64,000 nucleotides of DNA, taken from contig JBCBZW010000007.1 in the NCBI GenBank assembly GCA_039815145.1, forward strand, positions 1,192 to 65,191. The letters run 5' to 3'. Below are positions 49,309 through 59,424 of the stretch, one piece after another (the stretch's first letter is position 1; every line of letters begins with the position of its first letter). The notes under the pieces are model-generated. The model worked only from the letters and a program-made list of their open reading frames with translations. It made no database searches and was not told where the DNA came from. Source of the DNA: Pseudomonadota bacterium. GTDB lineage: Bacteria; Pseudomonadota; Gammaproteobacteria; Steroidobacterales; JBCBZW01. A program made the translations under genes and the position numbers.

Positions 49309-52300
49309 TTACAGGCGTGCCAGCTTTCGAATCTCCTGCGCGGCCACCGTCAGGGTGGAGAAGTCCGGTTCGCCGGATTCGCTGATCTCGAGGATGATCC
49401 GTTGCACCCGGGCGAGGCCCGTCCGATTGCGACCGCCCCACTGCTCCAGCGCGCTCGCGCAGGGCAGCCGATCACCGCCGCAGTTCACCACCACGTGGCG
49501 AACCAGTTCCGCCTGCAGCGAGTACACGGTGTCGCGCAGGCTCTGGCGAGCGATCGCCTGCCAGCGCCCGGCGATGTGCAGCTGCTCTACTGCGTCGCGC
49601 AGCCAGTCAGCACCGGCCAGGCCGCCCACCTGGAAGTACAGCTCGGACATTGCGCTGACGTCCATGTTCGCTTCGGTGGCGATGTCCACGATGTCGAACG
49701 CGCAGGGCAGGGGGCCCAGGGCTGCCATGGCGCGCGCCGTCTCCACGGGCACGTCCAGTCGCTCGTAGCCCTGAACCGCTTGATCGTAGGCGTAGCGCTC
49801 CCGTTGCGTGAGCACCTTGGGCAGGGTGTCGCGCACGGCGCGGATGCCTTGGTGGTAGCGGTCGATGATGCGGCCGATATCGAGTTCACCGCGTTGCCGC
49901 TCGAGCAGCCAATAGGTGGATTGGCGAAGCACGCGGGTGATGGTGAGCAGCATCGAGTACTGGGTGGTGGCGTGGGTCTCGTTATCGAGGGCCTCCACCG
50001 CCGACCACACCGGGCGCAGGTCCAGGCTGAACAAGGCCGCCGCGTAGGCCTGGGCGACGGCGCCGGCATCGGCGCCCGTGTCGTCCATGGTGCGATGGGC
50101 GAAGGTGGGGCCCATGCGATTGATCAGGTCGTTGGTGATCTGGGTGGCGATGATTTCGCGGGCGAGGGGGTGTTCGGTCAGCCGTGCTCCCGCGAGCTCC
50201 ACCAGCTGCGCCGGGAAATAGGCCTTCAGTTCCTCCGCCAGGTGCGGATCTTCGGGGGCCGTCGAGTCGATCAACGCGCCGTAGAGGTGCATCTTGGCGT
50301 AGGACACCAGCACGGAGAGTTCCGGCCGGGTCAGGCCGCGCCCCAGCTTGTTGCGGGCAGTCACCTCTTCCTCATCCGGGAGGAATTCCAGGGCGCGTGA
50401 GAGTTCTCGCTCGCGCTCGAGACTGCGCATCAGGTGCACGTGCTCGCGGAAGCGCTCGGAGGCGATCAATTCCGTCAAGCTGATGGCTTGGGTCTGACGG
50501 TAGTTGCTCTCGAGGACCAGCGTGGCGACATCGTCGGTCATCTGCGCCAGCACGCCCTCGCGCTGGGAGCAGGACACGTCCCCTTCCTTCACCAGGAGGT
50601 CGAGGAGGATCTTGATGTTGACCTCGTGGTCCGAGCAGTCGACGCCGCCCGCGTTATCGATGAAGTCCGTGTTGATGAAGCCGCCCGCGTGGGCGAATTC
50701 GATGCGCGCACGTTGTGTGAGGCCGAGGTTGCCGCCTTCGCCCACCACCTTGCAGCGCAGATCCTTGGCGTTCACCCGTACCGCATCGTTGGTGCGATCG
50801 CCCGCATCCACGTGGCTCTCATCGCTGGCTTTCACGTAGGTGCCGATGCCGCCGTTCCAGAGCAACTGCACGCGCATCTTCAAGATGGCGCGAATCAGGG
50901 CATCGGGCGTGAGTTCCTCGTCCTCCAGGTCGAGCATGGCGCGGGCCTCGCTCGGCAGGCGGATCGACTTCGAGCCGCGGGAGAACACACCGCCGCCGCT
51001 CGAGAGCAGGGTCTGGTCGTAGTCCTCCCAGGTGGAGCGGGGGAGCTTGAACAGGCGTTCGCGCTCGGCGTAGCTGCGCGCCGCGTCGGGCTCCGGGTCG
51101 AGGAAGATGTGCAAGTGGTTGAAGGCCGCCTGCAGGCGAATGTGTGGCGACAGCAGCATGCCGTTGCCGAAGACGTCGCCGGACATGTCGCCGATGGCCG
51201 CTACGGTGAAGGGCTCGCGTTGCGTGTCCACGCCCTCTTCACGGAAGTGGCGCTTGACCGCTTCCCAGGCGCCGCGCGCCGTGATGCCCATCTTCTTGTG
51301 GTCGTAGCCGACGGAGCCACCGGACGCGAAGGCATCGCCTAGCCAGAACCGGTAGCTCGCGGCCACCTCATTGGCGATGTCCGAGAAGGTGGCCGTGCCT
51401 TTGTCGGCGGCCACCACCAGGTAGGAGTCGGGCTCGTCGAGGCACACCGTGTCCTGCGGCGCGACGGTCTCGCCGCCGACGATATTGTCCGTCAGGTCGA
51501 GCAGGCCGCGGATAAAGAGCCGGTAGCATGCGATGCCCTCGGCCATCAACGCCTCGCGATCGCCCTCGGGCAGGCGCTTGGCGACGAAACCGCCTTTGGC
51601 ACCGGTCGGCACGATCACCGTATTCTTGACCTTCTGCGCCTTCATCAGGCCCAGGATCTCGGTGCGGAAGTCCTCGCGGCGATCGGACCAGCGCAGGCCC
51701 CCACGAGCCACCTTGGACGTGCGCAGGTGCACGCCCTCCACGCGCGGGGAGTACACGAAGATCTCGAACATCGGTCGCGGCTCGGGGAGGTCCGGGATTT
51801 GCGCTGGATCGAGCTTGAAGGACATGTACTCGAGGGGCTTACCGTCCTCGCCCCGCTGGTAGAAGTTCGTGCGCAGAGTGGCCATGACCACGGCGTAGAA
51901 GGCGCGCACGATGCGATCTTCATCGGCGCTCGCGATACCGTCGAGGGCCTTCTCCAGGGTGTGCGCGTGCTCGGTGGCGGCCTGCTCATCGCGCCCAGCC
52001 GGATCCAGGCGGGCGTGGAACAGGGCCACGAGCGCGGCGGCCAGGTGGGCGTACTCGCCGAGCACCTCCTCCATGTAGCTCTGGCTGAAGGGCAGGCCGG
52101 TCTGCAGCAAATAGCGGCAATAGGCGCGCAGCAGTGCGGTGTCACGCCAATTCAGGCGCGCGCGCAGGACCAGGGCGTTGAAGCCGTCGTTCTCCACCGC
52201 GCCGCGCCACACGGCGCGAGCGACATCGCGGAAGATGTCTTGCACGTCCTCGATGCGCTCGGGCGCCTCGCGGCAACGCATGTCGAAGTCCTGGATCCAC

Positions 52301-54171
52301 ACGCAGGTCTTGCCGTCGTCCAGTTCTAGTTTGTAGGGACGTTCGCTCACCACGTGCAGGGCCAGGTTTTCGAGGGCCGGCAGCACGTTCGACAGGGAGA
52401 TCGGCGAGAAAGGACGGATCAGCTTCAGGTGGATGTGTTCACGCGGGGCGTCGGCCGGGCGATACAAGGTGATGTCTACGTTGCGCTTGCTCGAGTCGAG
52501 GGCCAGCATGCGCTCGATGTCGTCTGCGGCCGTCTGCGCGCCGGCATCTTCCGTGTAGGCAGCCGGGAACGCGGAGGCGAAGCGCCGGGTCAGCGCGATG
52601 CCGCGCCGCTCGCCGTAGCGCTCGCTCAGGGCTTCGCGCAGGTGATCGTCCCAGGTTTTGGTAACGCGCTCGATGTTCTCCTGCAGCCAGCGCAGCTGGA
52701 TCTTGCCGTCCTGGGTGGGGTCGATGCGCACCACCGTGTAGACGCGGGCCAGGGCGGATTCGGACAGGGTGACCTGAGACTCCAGGGATTCGCCGCCGAG
52801 CCCCTCCAGCATCAAGGCCTCGAGCTTCTCGCGCACGTCCGTGTTGAACTTCTCGCGCGGAATGAACACCAGGCAGGCGATAAAGCGGCGGAACAAGTCG
52901 CGGCGGATGAACAGCCGCGTCAGCTGACGTTCCTGCAAGTTACGAATACTGTTCGCTATCCGCGAGAGGTCCTCGATGCTCGCCTGTAGCAGCTCATCGC
53001 GCGGGTGGGTCTGCAGCACGTGCAGCAGCGTGCGCCCCGCGTGGCTCGCGCGGGTGAGCTCTGCGCGCTGCAGGATCTGCTCCATCTTCAGGCGCACGAG
53101 GGGGATGGCGAGGGCGTCGGTGTAGTAGACGGAGGCGGTGAACAGGCCCAGGAAGCGATGCTCGCCCACCACGCGGCCGGCGGGGTCGTACTGTTTGACA
53201 CCGATGTAGTCGAGGCGTCCGGCGCGGTGGATCGTCGAGACCGTGTCGGCCTTGGTGATGATCAGGGGCTCGCGGCTGCGCAGGTGATGGCGCAGCACGC
53301 GAGCGAACTCCGGCGGGCGGTGGCTGAGGCGGCTATCCGGGCGCAGGATGCCGAGGCCCGTCGACTCGATCGGCACCAGGGTCTCGTTGCCGTCCACGTC
53401 CTCCAGGCGGTACTCACGGTAGCCGAGGAAGGTGAAGTTGCGCCGGTTCATCCACTGCAGGAAGGCGAGGGACTCCTGCAGGATCTGGTCCGGCACCGGC
53501 GGCGCGTCGCTTCCGAGGCCGTCGCGCGCATCGGTCAGGCGGTCGCGCATGGCGCGCCAGTCGTCGATGGACAGGCGCAGGTCCCCCACGCCCTCGCTGA
53601 TGCTGGCGAGCAGGGTCACGAGCTGACGGGTGTCCGCGTCGCGATCGAGCTGCATGTGCACCAGGGATTCGCGATGGCTGCCGGCGGGCGGCTCCTCCTC
53701 CTCGGAAACAAAGCGCACCAGCTCGCCTTGGGCGGTGCGCTCCACCTCGTACACCGGGTGCACGGTCATACGCAGGCTGAGGCCGCACTGCTGCACTGCG
53801 AGGGCCAGGGTGCTGACCAGAAACGGCATATCGTCGCTGATCAGCTCCACCACCAGGCGTGGGGCGGGCGTGGTCCAGCCGTGCTCCGTGCGATTCGGGG
53901 CGTAGACGCGGAACTTCGGGTTCTGGCCTCGCCGATGGCTCACGTACTGGAGGTGAGCGAGGGCGGCGGCGGCGAGCTGCTCCGTGTCGTTCTCGCGCAG
54001 GTCGTCGGGCGCGGCGTTCTCGTAGTAGCGATAGACGAAGCTAGCGACGTCGATCGCCTTCGGCAGGGTGAACCCTGACTCGAGGGCGACCGCGTGAGCC
54101 ACGATCTCCTCCAAGACGCCGGTCATGATGTCGGTCGGACGCCTTACGGTGGCGGTGTATGACTCACTCAT
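49309..54171 (-). CDS. gdhB: Large NAD-specific glutamate dehydrogenase (Bac_GDH, ~180 kDa class)
   Basis: 1620 aa. Catalytic core 'VIVPTGAKGGFV', 'LVVAADKGTATFSD', 'GGSVGYDHKKMGITARGAWE', 'GDMSGDVFGNGML'. Confidence 0.92.
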   Translation of the reverse strand: MSESYTATVRRPTDIMTGVLEEIVAHAVALESGFTLPKAIDVASFVYRYYENAAPDDLRENDTEQLAAAALAHLQYVSHRRGQNPKFRVYAPNRTEHGWTTPAPRLVVELISDDMPFLVSTLALAVQQCGLSLRMTVHPVYEVERTAQGELVRFVSEEEEPPAGSHRESLVHMQLDRDADTRQLVTLLASISEGVGDLRLSIDDWRAMRDRLTDARDGLGSDAPPVPDQILQESLAFLQWMNRRNFTFLGYREYRLEDVDGNETLVPIESTGLGILRPDSRLSHRPPEFARVLRHHLRSREPLIITKADTVSTIHRAGRLDYIGVKQYDPAGRVVGEHRFLGLFTASVYYTDALAIPLVRLKMEQILQRAELTRASHAGRTLLHVLQTHPRDELLQASIEDLSRIANSIRNLQERQLTRLFIRRDLFRRFIACLVFIPREKFNTDVREKLEALMLEGLGGESLESQVTLSESALARVYTVVRIDPTQDGKIQLRWLQENIERVTKTWDDHLREALSERYGERRGIALTRRFASAFPAAYTEDAGAQTAADDIERMLALDSSKRNVDITLYRPADAPREHIHLKLIRPFSPISLSNVLPALENLALHVVSERPYKLELDDGKTCVWIQDFDMRCREAPERIEDVQDIFRDVARAVWRGAVENDGFNALVLRARLNWRDTALLRAYCRYLLQTGLPFSQSYMEEVLGEYAHLAAALVALFHARLDPAGRDEQAATEHAHTLEKALDGIASADEDRIVRAFYAVVMATLRTNFYQRGEDGKPLEYMSFKLDPAQIPDLPEPRPMFEIFVYSPRVEGVHLRTSKVARGGLRWSDRREDFRTEILGLMKAQKVKNTVIVPTGAKGGFVAKRLPEGDREALMAEGIACYRLFIRGLLDLTDNIVGGETVAPQDTVCLDEPDSYLVVAADKGTATFSDIANEVAASYRFWLGDAFASGGSVGYDHKKMGITARGAWEAVKRHFREEGVDTQREPFTVAAIGDMSGDVFGNGMLLSPHIRLQAAFNHLHIFLDPEPDAARSYAERERLFKLPRSTWEDYDQTLLSSGGGVFSRGSKSIRLPSEARAMLDLEDEELTPDALIRAILKMRVQLLWNGGIGTYVKASDESHVDAGDRTNDAVRVNAKDLRCKVVGEGGNLGLTQRARIEFAHAGGFINTDFIDNAGGVDCSDHEVNIKILLDLLVKEGDVSCSQREGVLAQMTDDVATLVLESNYRQTQAISLTELIASERFREHVHLMRSLERERELSRALEFLPDEEEVTARNKLGRGLTRPELSVLVSYAKMHLYGALIDSTAPEDPHLAEELKAYFPAQLVELAGARLTEHPLAREIIATQITNDLINRMGPTFAHRTMDDTGADAGAVAQAYAAALFSLDLRPVWSAVEALDNETHATTQYSMLLTITRVLRQSTYWLLERQRGELDIGRIIDRYHQGIRAVRDTLPKVLTQRERYAYDQAVQGYERLDVPVETARAMAALGPLPCAFDIVDIATEANMDVSAMSELYFQVGGLAGADWLRDAVEQLHIAGRWQAIARQSLRDTVYSLQAELVRHVVVNCGGDRLPCASALEQWGGRNRTGLARVQRIILEISESGEPDFSTLTVAAQEIRKLARL

Positions 54172-54235
54172 CCGTCAGCCTTTTTACTTGCCCGCGCGAT
54201 GGTTCAGGTCGCCAGGAGTCAGGGTTTACACGATC

Positions 54236-55465
54236 TCAGTCGGCCAGGGCCAGGTCAGCGATCACACCGGCGAGGAACCGGCACGCTTCGCCGCCGGTGC
54301 AGGCTCGGTGATCGAAGGTCAGCGACAGGGGAATCACCCGGTGTGCCTCGATACCGCCCATCACCGCGACGACATCGTGACGCACGCCGCCGGTGCCGAG
54401 GATGGCCACGCACGGCGGCACCACCACCGGCGTCGCGTAGCGACCGGCCAACATGCCGAAGTTCGACAGCATGATCGTGGGATCGCGCATGTCGTCGGGG
54501 GAGATGCTGCGCTCGCGGGTGGCCACCTTGAGGCGGTTCACGTCCTCACGCAGTGCCAGCGCGCTCTTGCCATCGACGCCGCGGATCACCGGGACGATGA
54601 GCCCCTGGGGCCCGTCGACCGCCATCGCCACGTCCACGCGGGAGTGCAGCGTGCGGGTGAGCTGCTCGCCGTCGTACCAGGCGTTCATGGCGGGTTCGGC
54701 GGCAACGCCGGCGGCGATCGCACGCAGAACGCGGGCGGTGATGTCCTCGCCCGGACGCCACGCGTGGATGTCGGCGTCGTCGAAGATCGTGCACTCCATG
54801 ACCTCGTTGCGAGAGCGGGTCATGCTGTGGGTCATGGCGCGACGCGGGCCCCGCAGGGGATCGATCACCGTCTCGCCGCTCGCCGGTGCGAGGCTCGGCG
54901 CGGCCGCCGGCGCGGGCGGTGCGGCGGCAGGCGAGGCCGCCGGCGCCGGTGCAGCGCCGGCGTGGCGTTGCAGGTCGGTCTGGGTGATCTGGCCGTTGCG
55001 CCCGGTGGCGGTGACGGTGGTGAGGTCGATACCGAGGCGGGCGGCTTCGGCGCGGATCGACGGCATCGCCTTGATCCGACCGCGCGCGCCGCGGCGACCG
55101 CGACCGGCCACGGCCGTCTCCTGCACCACCTCATCGCTAGTCGGCACGTTGCCGACCACCGTCGCGCTGTCATCGCGCGCCGCTTCGGCCTCGGGTGCTT
55201 CGGCGGGCGGCGCATCGTTGGCCGCTTCGCCGTCGAGGCGGAAGTCGACCAGCGGCTTGCCGGTCTCCACCATCTCACCCTCGGCCGCGTAGAGCTTGGC
55301 GATCGTGCCCGTGTAGGGCGCGGGCACGTCCACCACGGCCTTGGCCGTCTCCACCGACACCATCAGCGAGTCGGCGGTGATCGCATCGCCCTCACTCACG
55401 TGCCACTTCACGATCTCGGCCTCGGGCAAGCCTTCGCCCAGGTCCGGCAGATTGAAGGTCTTCAC
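54236..55465 (-). CDS. 2-oxoacid dehydrogenase E2 (dihydrolipoamide acyltransferase; branched-chain type likely)
   Basis: Lipoyl domain 'LMVSVETAKAVVDVPAPYTG', E3/E1-binding 'IKAMPSIRAEAARLGIDL', catalytic 'LSLTFDHRACTGGEA' (DHRxxxG). Confidence 0.9.
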   Translation of the reverse strand: MKTFNLPDLGEGLPEAEIVKWHVSEGDAITADSLMVSVETAKAVVDVPAPYTGTIAKLYAAEGEMVETGKPLVDFRLDGEAANDAPPAEAPEAEAARDDSATVVGNVPTSDEVVQETAVAGRGRRGARGRIKAMPSIRAEAARLGIDLTTVTATGRNGQITQTDLQRHAGAAPAPAASPAAAPPAPAAAPSLAPASGETVIDPLRGPRRAMTHSMTRSRNEVMECTIFDDADIHAWRPGEDITARVLRAIAAGVAAEPAMNAWYDGEQLTRTLHSRVDVAMAVDGPQGLIVPVIRGVDGKSALALREDVNRLKVATRERSISPDDMRDPTIMLSNFGMLAGRYATPVVVPPCVAILGTGGVRHDVVAVMGGIEAHRVIPLSLTFDHRACTGGEACRFLAGVIADLALAD

Positions 55466-55470
55466 GGCCT

Positions 55471-56448
55471 CTAGTCCTCCAGCGTATCGCGCACGGCGTC
55501 GACGATTCGCTCGACGCTCGGCAGGTAATCCATCTCACGCCGGAACAGTGGCATGACCGTGTCGTAACCCGTGACCCGACGCATCGGCGCCTTGAGCGAG
55601 TAGATGCCCTCTTCGGCCACCAGCGCGGCGATCTCCGAGGCCACGCCGCAGGTGCGCGGGGCTTCGGCCACCACGACGATGCGCCCGGTCTTGTCCAGGG
55701 ACTCGAGGATCGTGTCCGTGTCCATCGGGCTAATGGTGGCGAGGTCGATCACTTCACAGCTCACGCCGTCTGCCTCGAGTTGCTTGGCAGCTTTCATCGT
55801 CTCGAGGGTCATCGCACCCCAGCTGACCAGGGTGACGTCCGTGCCTTCGCGCAGGATGAAGCAGGTGTCCAGCGGCAGCGCCTCGCCGTTGTCCTCCACC
55901 TCTTGCTTGACGGCGCGGTAGATGCGCTTCGGCTCCAGGAACACGACTGGATCGGGGTCGCGAATCGCGGCCAGCAGCAGGCCGTAGGCGCGTGACGGGG
56001 ACGCGGGGATCACCACGCGGATGCCCGGCATGTGGGCGAACATCGCCTCGGTGCTCTCCGAATGGTGCTCCGGCGCGTGGATGCCGCCGCCGTAGGGCGC
56101 GCGCAGCACCATCGGGCAGTGCAGGCGTCCGCGCGTGCGGTGGCGCAGGCGGCCGGCGTGGCTGATCAGCTGGTCCACGGCGGGGTAGATGAAGCCCGTG
56201 AACTGGATCTCCGCCACCGGGCGCATGCCCTGGGCTGCCATGCCGACGGACATGCCGGCGATCATGTTCTCGGCGAGGGGCGTGTCCATCACGCGCTCCT
56301 TACCGAATGTTTGCTGTAGGCCCGCGGTGGCGCGGAATACGCCGCCGTTCACGCCCACGTCTTCGCCCAGCATCAGCACGCTGGGATCGCGCTCCATCTC
56401 GTGGCGCATGGCCATGGTGAGCGCTTCGATGAGGGTTACCCGTGCCAT
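55471..56448 (-). CDS. 2-oxoacid dehydrogenase E1 beta subunit
   Basis: Start re-set to ATG 56448: 'MARVTLIEALTMAMRHEMERDPSVLMLGEDVG'. The upstream portion of ORF 55471..57150 is out-of-frame shadow over E1 alpha. Confidence 0.92.
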   Translation of the reverse strand: MARVTLIEALTMAMRHEMERDPSVLMLGEDVGVNGGVFRATAGLQQTFGKERVMDTPLAENMIAGMSVGMAAQGMRPVAEIQFTGFIYPAVDQLISHAGRLRHRTRGRLHCPMVLRAPYGGGIHAPEHHSESTEAMFAHMPGIRVVIPASPSRAYGLLLAAIRDPDPVVFLEPKRIYRAVKQEVEDNGEALPLDTCFILREGTDVTLVSWGAMTLETMKAAKQLEADGVSCEVIDLATISPMDTDTILESLDKTGRIVVVAEAPRTCGVASEIAALVAEEGIYSLKAPMRRVTGYDTVMPLFRREMDYLPSVERIVDAVRDTLED

Positions 56449-56450
56449 CG

Positions 56451-57536
56451 TCAGTGCCCTCCGCTTTCGCCGCGGTCGTAGCGCTTGGCGTATTCGCGCT
56501 GCTCGACCAGCGAGTGGGGCGGGGTCTCGTACATGTAATCGAACATGGAGTCGACCGTGGGCATGGGCGTGTCGAGGTAAACGGCTACCTCGGACTCGAT
56601 CTCCCGCGTGCACTGCTCGCTGATAGCCTTCTCGGCCGACTCGTCGAGCAGGCCCTCGTTCTCGAGGAACTTGCGGTAGCGCTTGAGCGGCTCGAGCTTC
56701 CAGGCCTGCTCCACCTCTTCCGGTGGGCGGTAGCGGCTGGCGTCGTCCGCCGTGGTGTGGTCGCTCAGGCGGTAGGTGACCGCCTCCACCAGAGAAGCGC
56801 CTTCGCCGCGACGGGCGCGGGATAGGGCCTGGCCGAGGGCTTCGCGCACGGCGAAGACGTCGTTGCCGTCCACCTGGATGCCGGGGATGCCGGCGGCGAA
56901 GGCCTTTTGCGCCAGGGTGCGAGCGGCGGTCTGCAACTCGATGGGCACAGAGATGGCCCATTTGTTGTTCACCACCACGAACACCACGGGCAGCTTCTGC
57001 GCGCCGGCCAGGTTCATGGCCTCGTAGAAGGCGCCCTCGGAGGTGCCGCCATCGCCGATCACGGCGACGGCACAGCGCGGCTCGCGGCGCAGCTTGAAGG
57101 CCATGGCCGCACCCGCGGCATGCAGGCACTGGGTGGCGATGGGCACACACCAGGGAAAGTCGTGGCGCGGGCCGGAAAAGTCGTTACCGCGCTCATCGCC
57201 GCCCCAGTACTGGAGCACTTCCGACATCTTTACACCGCGCCACAGCTGAGCGCCGTACTCGCGGTACATGGGCGCGAACACATCTTCCGCTTCCATCGCC
57301 GAGCCAATGCCGACGTGGGCCGCTTCGTGGCCGAGGCAGGAGGCGTAGGTGCCGAGCTTGCCCGTGCGCTGCAGGTTGATGGCCTTGGTGTCGAACTGGC
57401 GGGTCAGCACCATCATTCGGTACAGGCGCATCAGTTCGTCTTGATCGTTGGCGAAGGCGGGCAGGGGGCCGTTTACGTTGCCGTCCGGATCGAGGATCTG
57501 GACATACTTCACGTCGTAGGAAGCGATGGTCTTCAA
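56451..57536 (-). CDS. 2-oxoacid dehydrogenase E1 alpha subunit (ThDP-binding)
   Basis: 361 aa. ThDP motif 'GDGGTSEGAFYEAMNLAGAQKLPVVFVVVNN'. Confidence 0.92.
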   Translation of the reverse strand: MKTIASYDVKYVQILDPDGNVNGPLPAFANDQDELMRLYRMMVLTRQFDTKAINLQRTGKLGTYASCLGHEAAHVGIGSAMEAEDVFAPMYREYGAQLWRGVKMSEVLQYWGGDERGNDFSGPRHDFPWCVPIATQCLHAAGAAMAFKLRREPRCAVAVIGDGGTSEGAFYEAMNLAGAQKLPVVFVVVNNKWAISVPIELQTAARTLAQKAFAAGIPGIQVDGNDVFAVREALGQALSRARRGEGASLVEAVTYRLSDHTTADDASRYRPPEEVEQAWKLEPLKRYRKFLENEGLLDESAEKAISEQCTREIESEVAVYLDTPMPTVDSMFDYMYETPPHSLVEQREYAKRYDRGESGGH

Positions 57537-57737
57537 AGGTTCTCCTTCCGCGGTGCACCGGTCGTCCGTGCCGGCTCGCGTGTACTGTTCGGGCGCCGCT
57601 CAAGCCTGGCGCGCGCCGGCGGCAGCTGAGGGCGATGTCCCTGCTGCGGCACAGCGTATTCTCGTGGGTGCGGGGGCAGTAGCTGACTGTCTTCCGGCGC
57701 GCGCGATTATACCGATTGCAACGGCCTTACGCGCGCC

Positions 57738-57751
57738 GAAAAGCGCTTTTC
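57738..57751. promoter_or_regulatory. Perfect 14-bp palindrome in the divergent E1alpha / kynA control region
   Basis: GAAAAGCGCTTTTC. It directly abuts an 8-bp inverted repeat CGGCGCGC (57695-57702) / GCGCGCCG (57731-57738) that flanks an AT-rich 28-nt spacer. Confidence 0.35.
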
Positions 57752-57869
57752 TTTACCCTTTCTCACGTCTCGTGGGCAGGCATGAACGGCAGCGTTTAGA
57801 ATGGCGCACCGCCGCAGATGCGCCGGCGCTGGACGCCGGCCCTCCCATCGCCCTGAGGACGCTGTCGAT

Positions 57870-58736
57870 ATGACCGATTCGTCGCCGCCAGACAACGGTG
57901 AAGACCCGCAGGAACTCGAAGCGGGCATCGAGCGCGACCTGCGCGATCGCCTCACCTACACGGGCTACCTGCGCCTGGATCTGCTGCTCAACGCGCAGCT
58001 GCCCCTGAGCGATCCCCAGCACCACGACGAGATGCTGTTCATCGTTCAGCACCAGGTGTCCGAGCTGTGGATGAAGCTGATCCTGCACGAGCTCGACGCC
58101 GCCATCGCCCATGTGGCCGAGGACAACCCCGGCCCCGCGCTGAAGAACCTCTCGCGCGTGGTCCAGGTGCAGCGCCAGCTGTTCAACCAATGGGCCGTGC
58201 TGGAGACCCTCACGCCCTCCGAGTACACGGAGTTCCGCACGGTCCTCGGCAACTCGTCAGGGTTCCAATCGGCGCAGTTCCGGGCCCTGGAGTTCGTCCT
58301 CGGGCGCAAGCGTGCGGCCTACCTCGACGTGTTCCGTCACGACGAGCCGACCCACGCCGAGCTCAGTGCGCGCCTCGCGGCACCGTCGCTCTACGACGTG
58401 TACCTGCACTACCTGGCCCGTCGCGGTCACGCGATCCCCAAGGACGTGCTCGAGCGTGACCTCACCGAGATCCACCAGGCCGACACGCGCGTGGTGGACG
58501 TGCTGGAGACGGTTTACGGCGCGCGCGACGAGCATTGGGAGGCCTACGAGATGTCCGAGAAGCTGGTGGACGTGGAGCACCATTTCTCGCTCTGGCGCTT
58601 CCGCCACATGAAGACCGTCGAGCGCATCATCGGCTTCAAGCGCGGCACCGGTGGATCGTCCGGCGTGCAGTACCTGCGCTCGGGTGTGGACATGCGCTTG
58701 TTCCCGGAGCTCATCGACGTGCGCACCCGCCTGTAG
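57870..58736 (+). CDS. kynA: Tryptophan 2,3-dioxygenase
   Basis: ATG 57870 with GAGGAC SD. 'LTYTGYLRLDLLLNAQ', 'HDEMLFIVQHQVSELWMKL', 'SGFQSAQFR', 'HHFSLWRFRHMKTVERIIG.KRGTGGSSG'. Confidence 0.9.
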   Translation: MTDSSPPDNGEDPQELEAGIERDLRDRLTYTGYLRLDLLLNAQLPLSDPQHHDEMLFIVQHQVSELWMKLILHELDAAIAHVAEDNPGPALKNLSRVVQVQRQLFNQWAVLETLTPSEYTEFRTVLGNSSGFQSAQFRALEFVLGRKRAAYLDVFRHDEPTHAELSARLAAPSLYDVYLHYLARRGHAIPKDVLERDLTEIHQADTRVVDVLETVYGARDEHWEAYEMSEKLVDVEHHFSLWRFRHMKTVERIIGFKRGTGGSSGVQYLRSGVDMRLFPELIDVRTRL

Positions 58737-58765
58737 GGGCGGCGTGAACGAGAAGGAGACGGACC

Positions 58766-59413
58766 GTGGTGAAGCTGTACACCTACTGGCGCTCGAGCGC
58801 GGCCTACCGCCTGCGCATCGCCCTGAACTTGAAGGGCATCGCCTTCGAGTCCGTGAGCGTCAATCTGGCGCCCGCGGTGTCGGAGCAGCATTCCCCCGCC
58901 TACGCCCAGATCAACGTGGAAGGGCGCGTGCCCGCCCTCGAGATCGATGGGCAGACGCTCACCCAGTCCCTGGCAATCCTGGACTACCTGGAGGAGCGTT
59001 ACCCGGATCCTCCCCTGCTGCCCACCGAGCCCTTGGCGCGGGCGCGGGCGCGGGCGCTCGCGCAGCTCGTCGCCTGCGATATCCACCCGCTGAACAACGT
59101 CGCCGTGCTCGGGTACCTAAAGAAGGAGCTAGGATCCGACGCCGACGCGGTCAACGCGTGGTACCAACACTGGATTCACCGCGGCTTTGCGCCCCTCGAG
59201 TCGCGGCTGGCCGCGGCAGGGCAGCCGTTCTGCGCCGGCGAGCAGCCGGGGCTCGCCGATTGCGTGCTCGTGCCGCAGGTGTACAACGCCGTGCGCTTTG
59301 CTTGCGATATGGCGGCCTACCCGACGATACGGGCCATCAACGAGCGTTGCCTTGCGCTTCCCGCCTTCGATGCGGCGCGCCCAGAGGTGCAGCCGGACGC
59401 GACGCCGTCGTAG
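58766..59413 (+). CDS. maiA: Maleylacetoacetate isomerase (zeta-class GST)
   Basis: GTG start. 'KLYTYWRSSAAYRLRIALNLKG', 'QINVEGRVPALEIDGQTLTQSLAILDYLEERYP'. Confidence 0.85.
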   Translation: MVKLYTYWRSSAAYRLRIALNLKGIAFESVSVNLAPAVSEQHSPAYAQINVEGRVPALEIDGQTLTQSLAILDYLEERYPDPPLLPTEPLARARARALAQLVACDIHPLNNVAVLGYLKKELGSDADAVNAWYQHWIHRGFAPLESRLAAAGQPFCAGEQPGLADCVLVPQVYNAVRFACDMAAYPTIRAINERCLALPAFDAARPEVQPDATPS

Positions 59414-59424
59414 GTCGACGCCGA

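Noticed and set aside
49246-55474. Plus-strand ORFs 49246..50400, 50434..51342, 53005..54078 and 54125..55474
   Set aside because: Antisense to the gdh and E2 genes, whose minus-strand products carry unmistakable family motifs.
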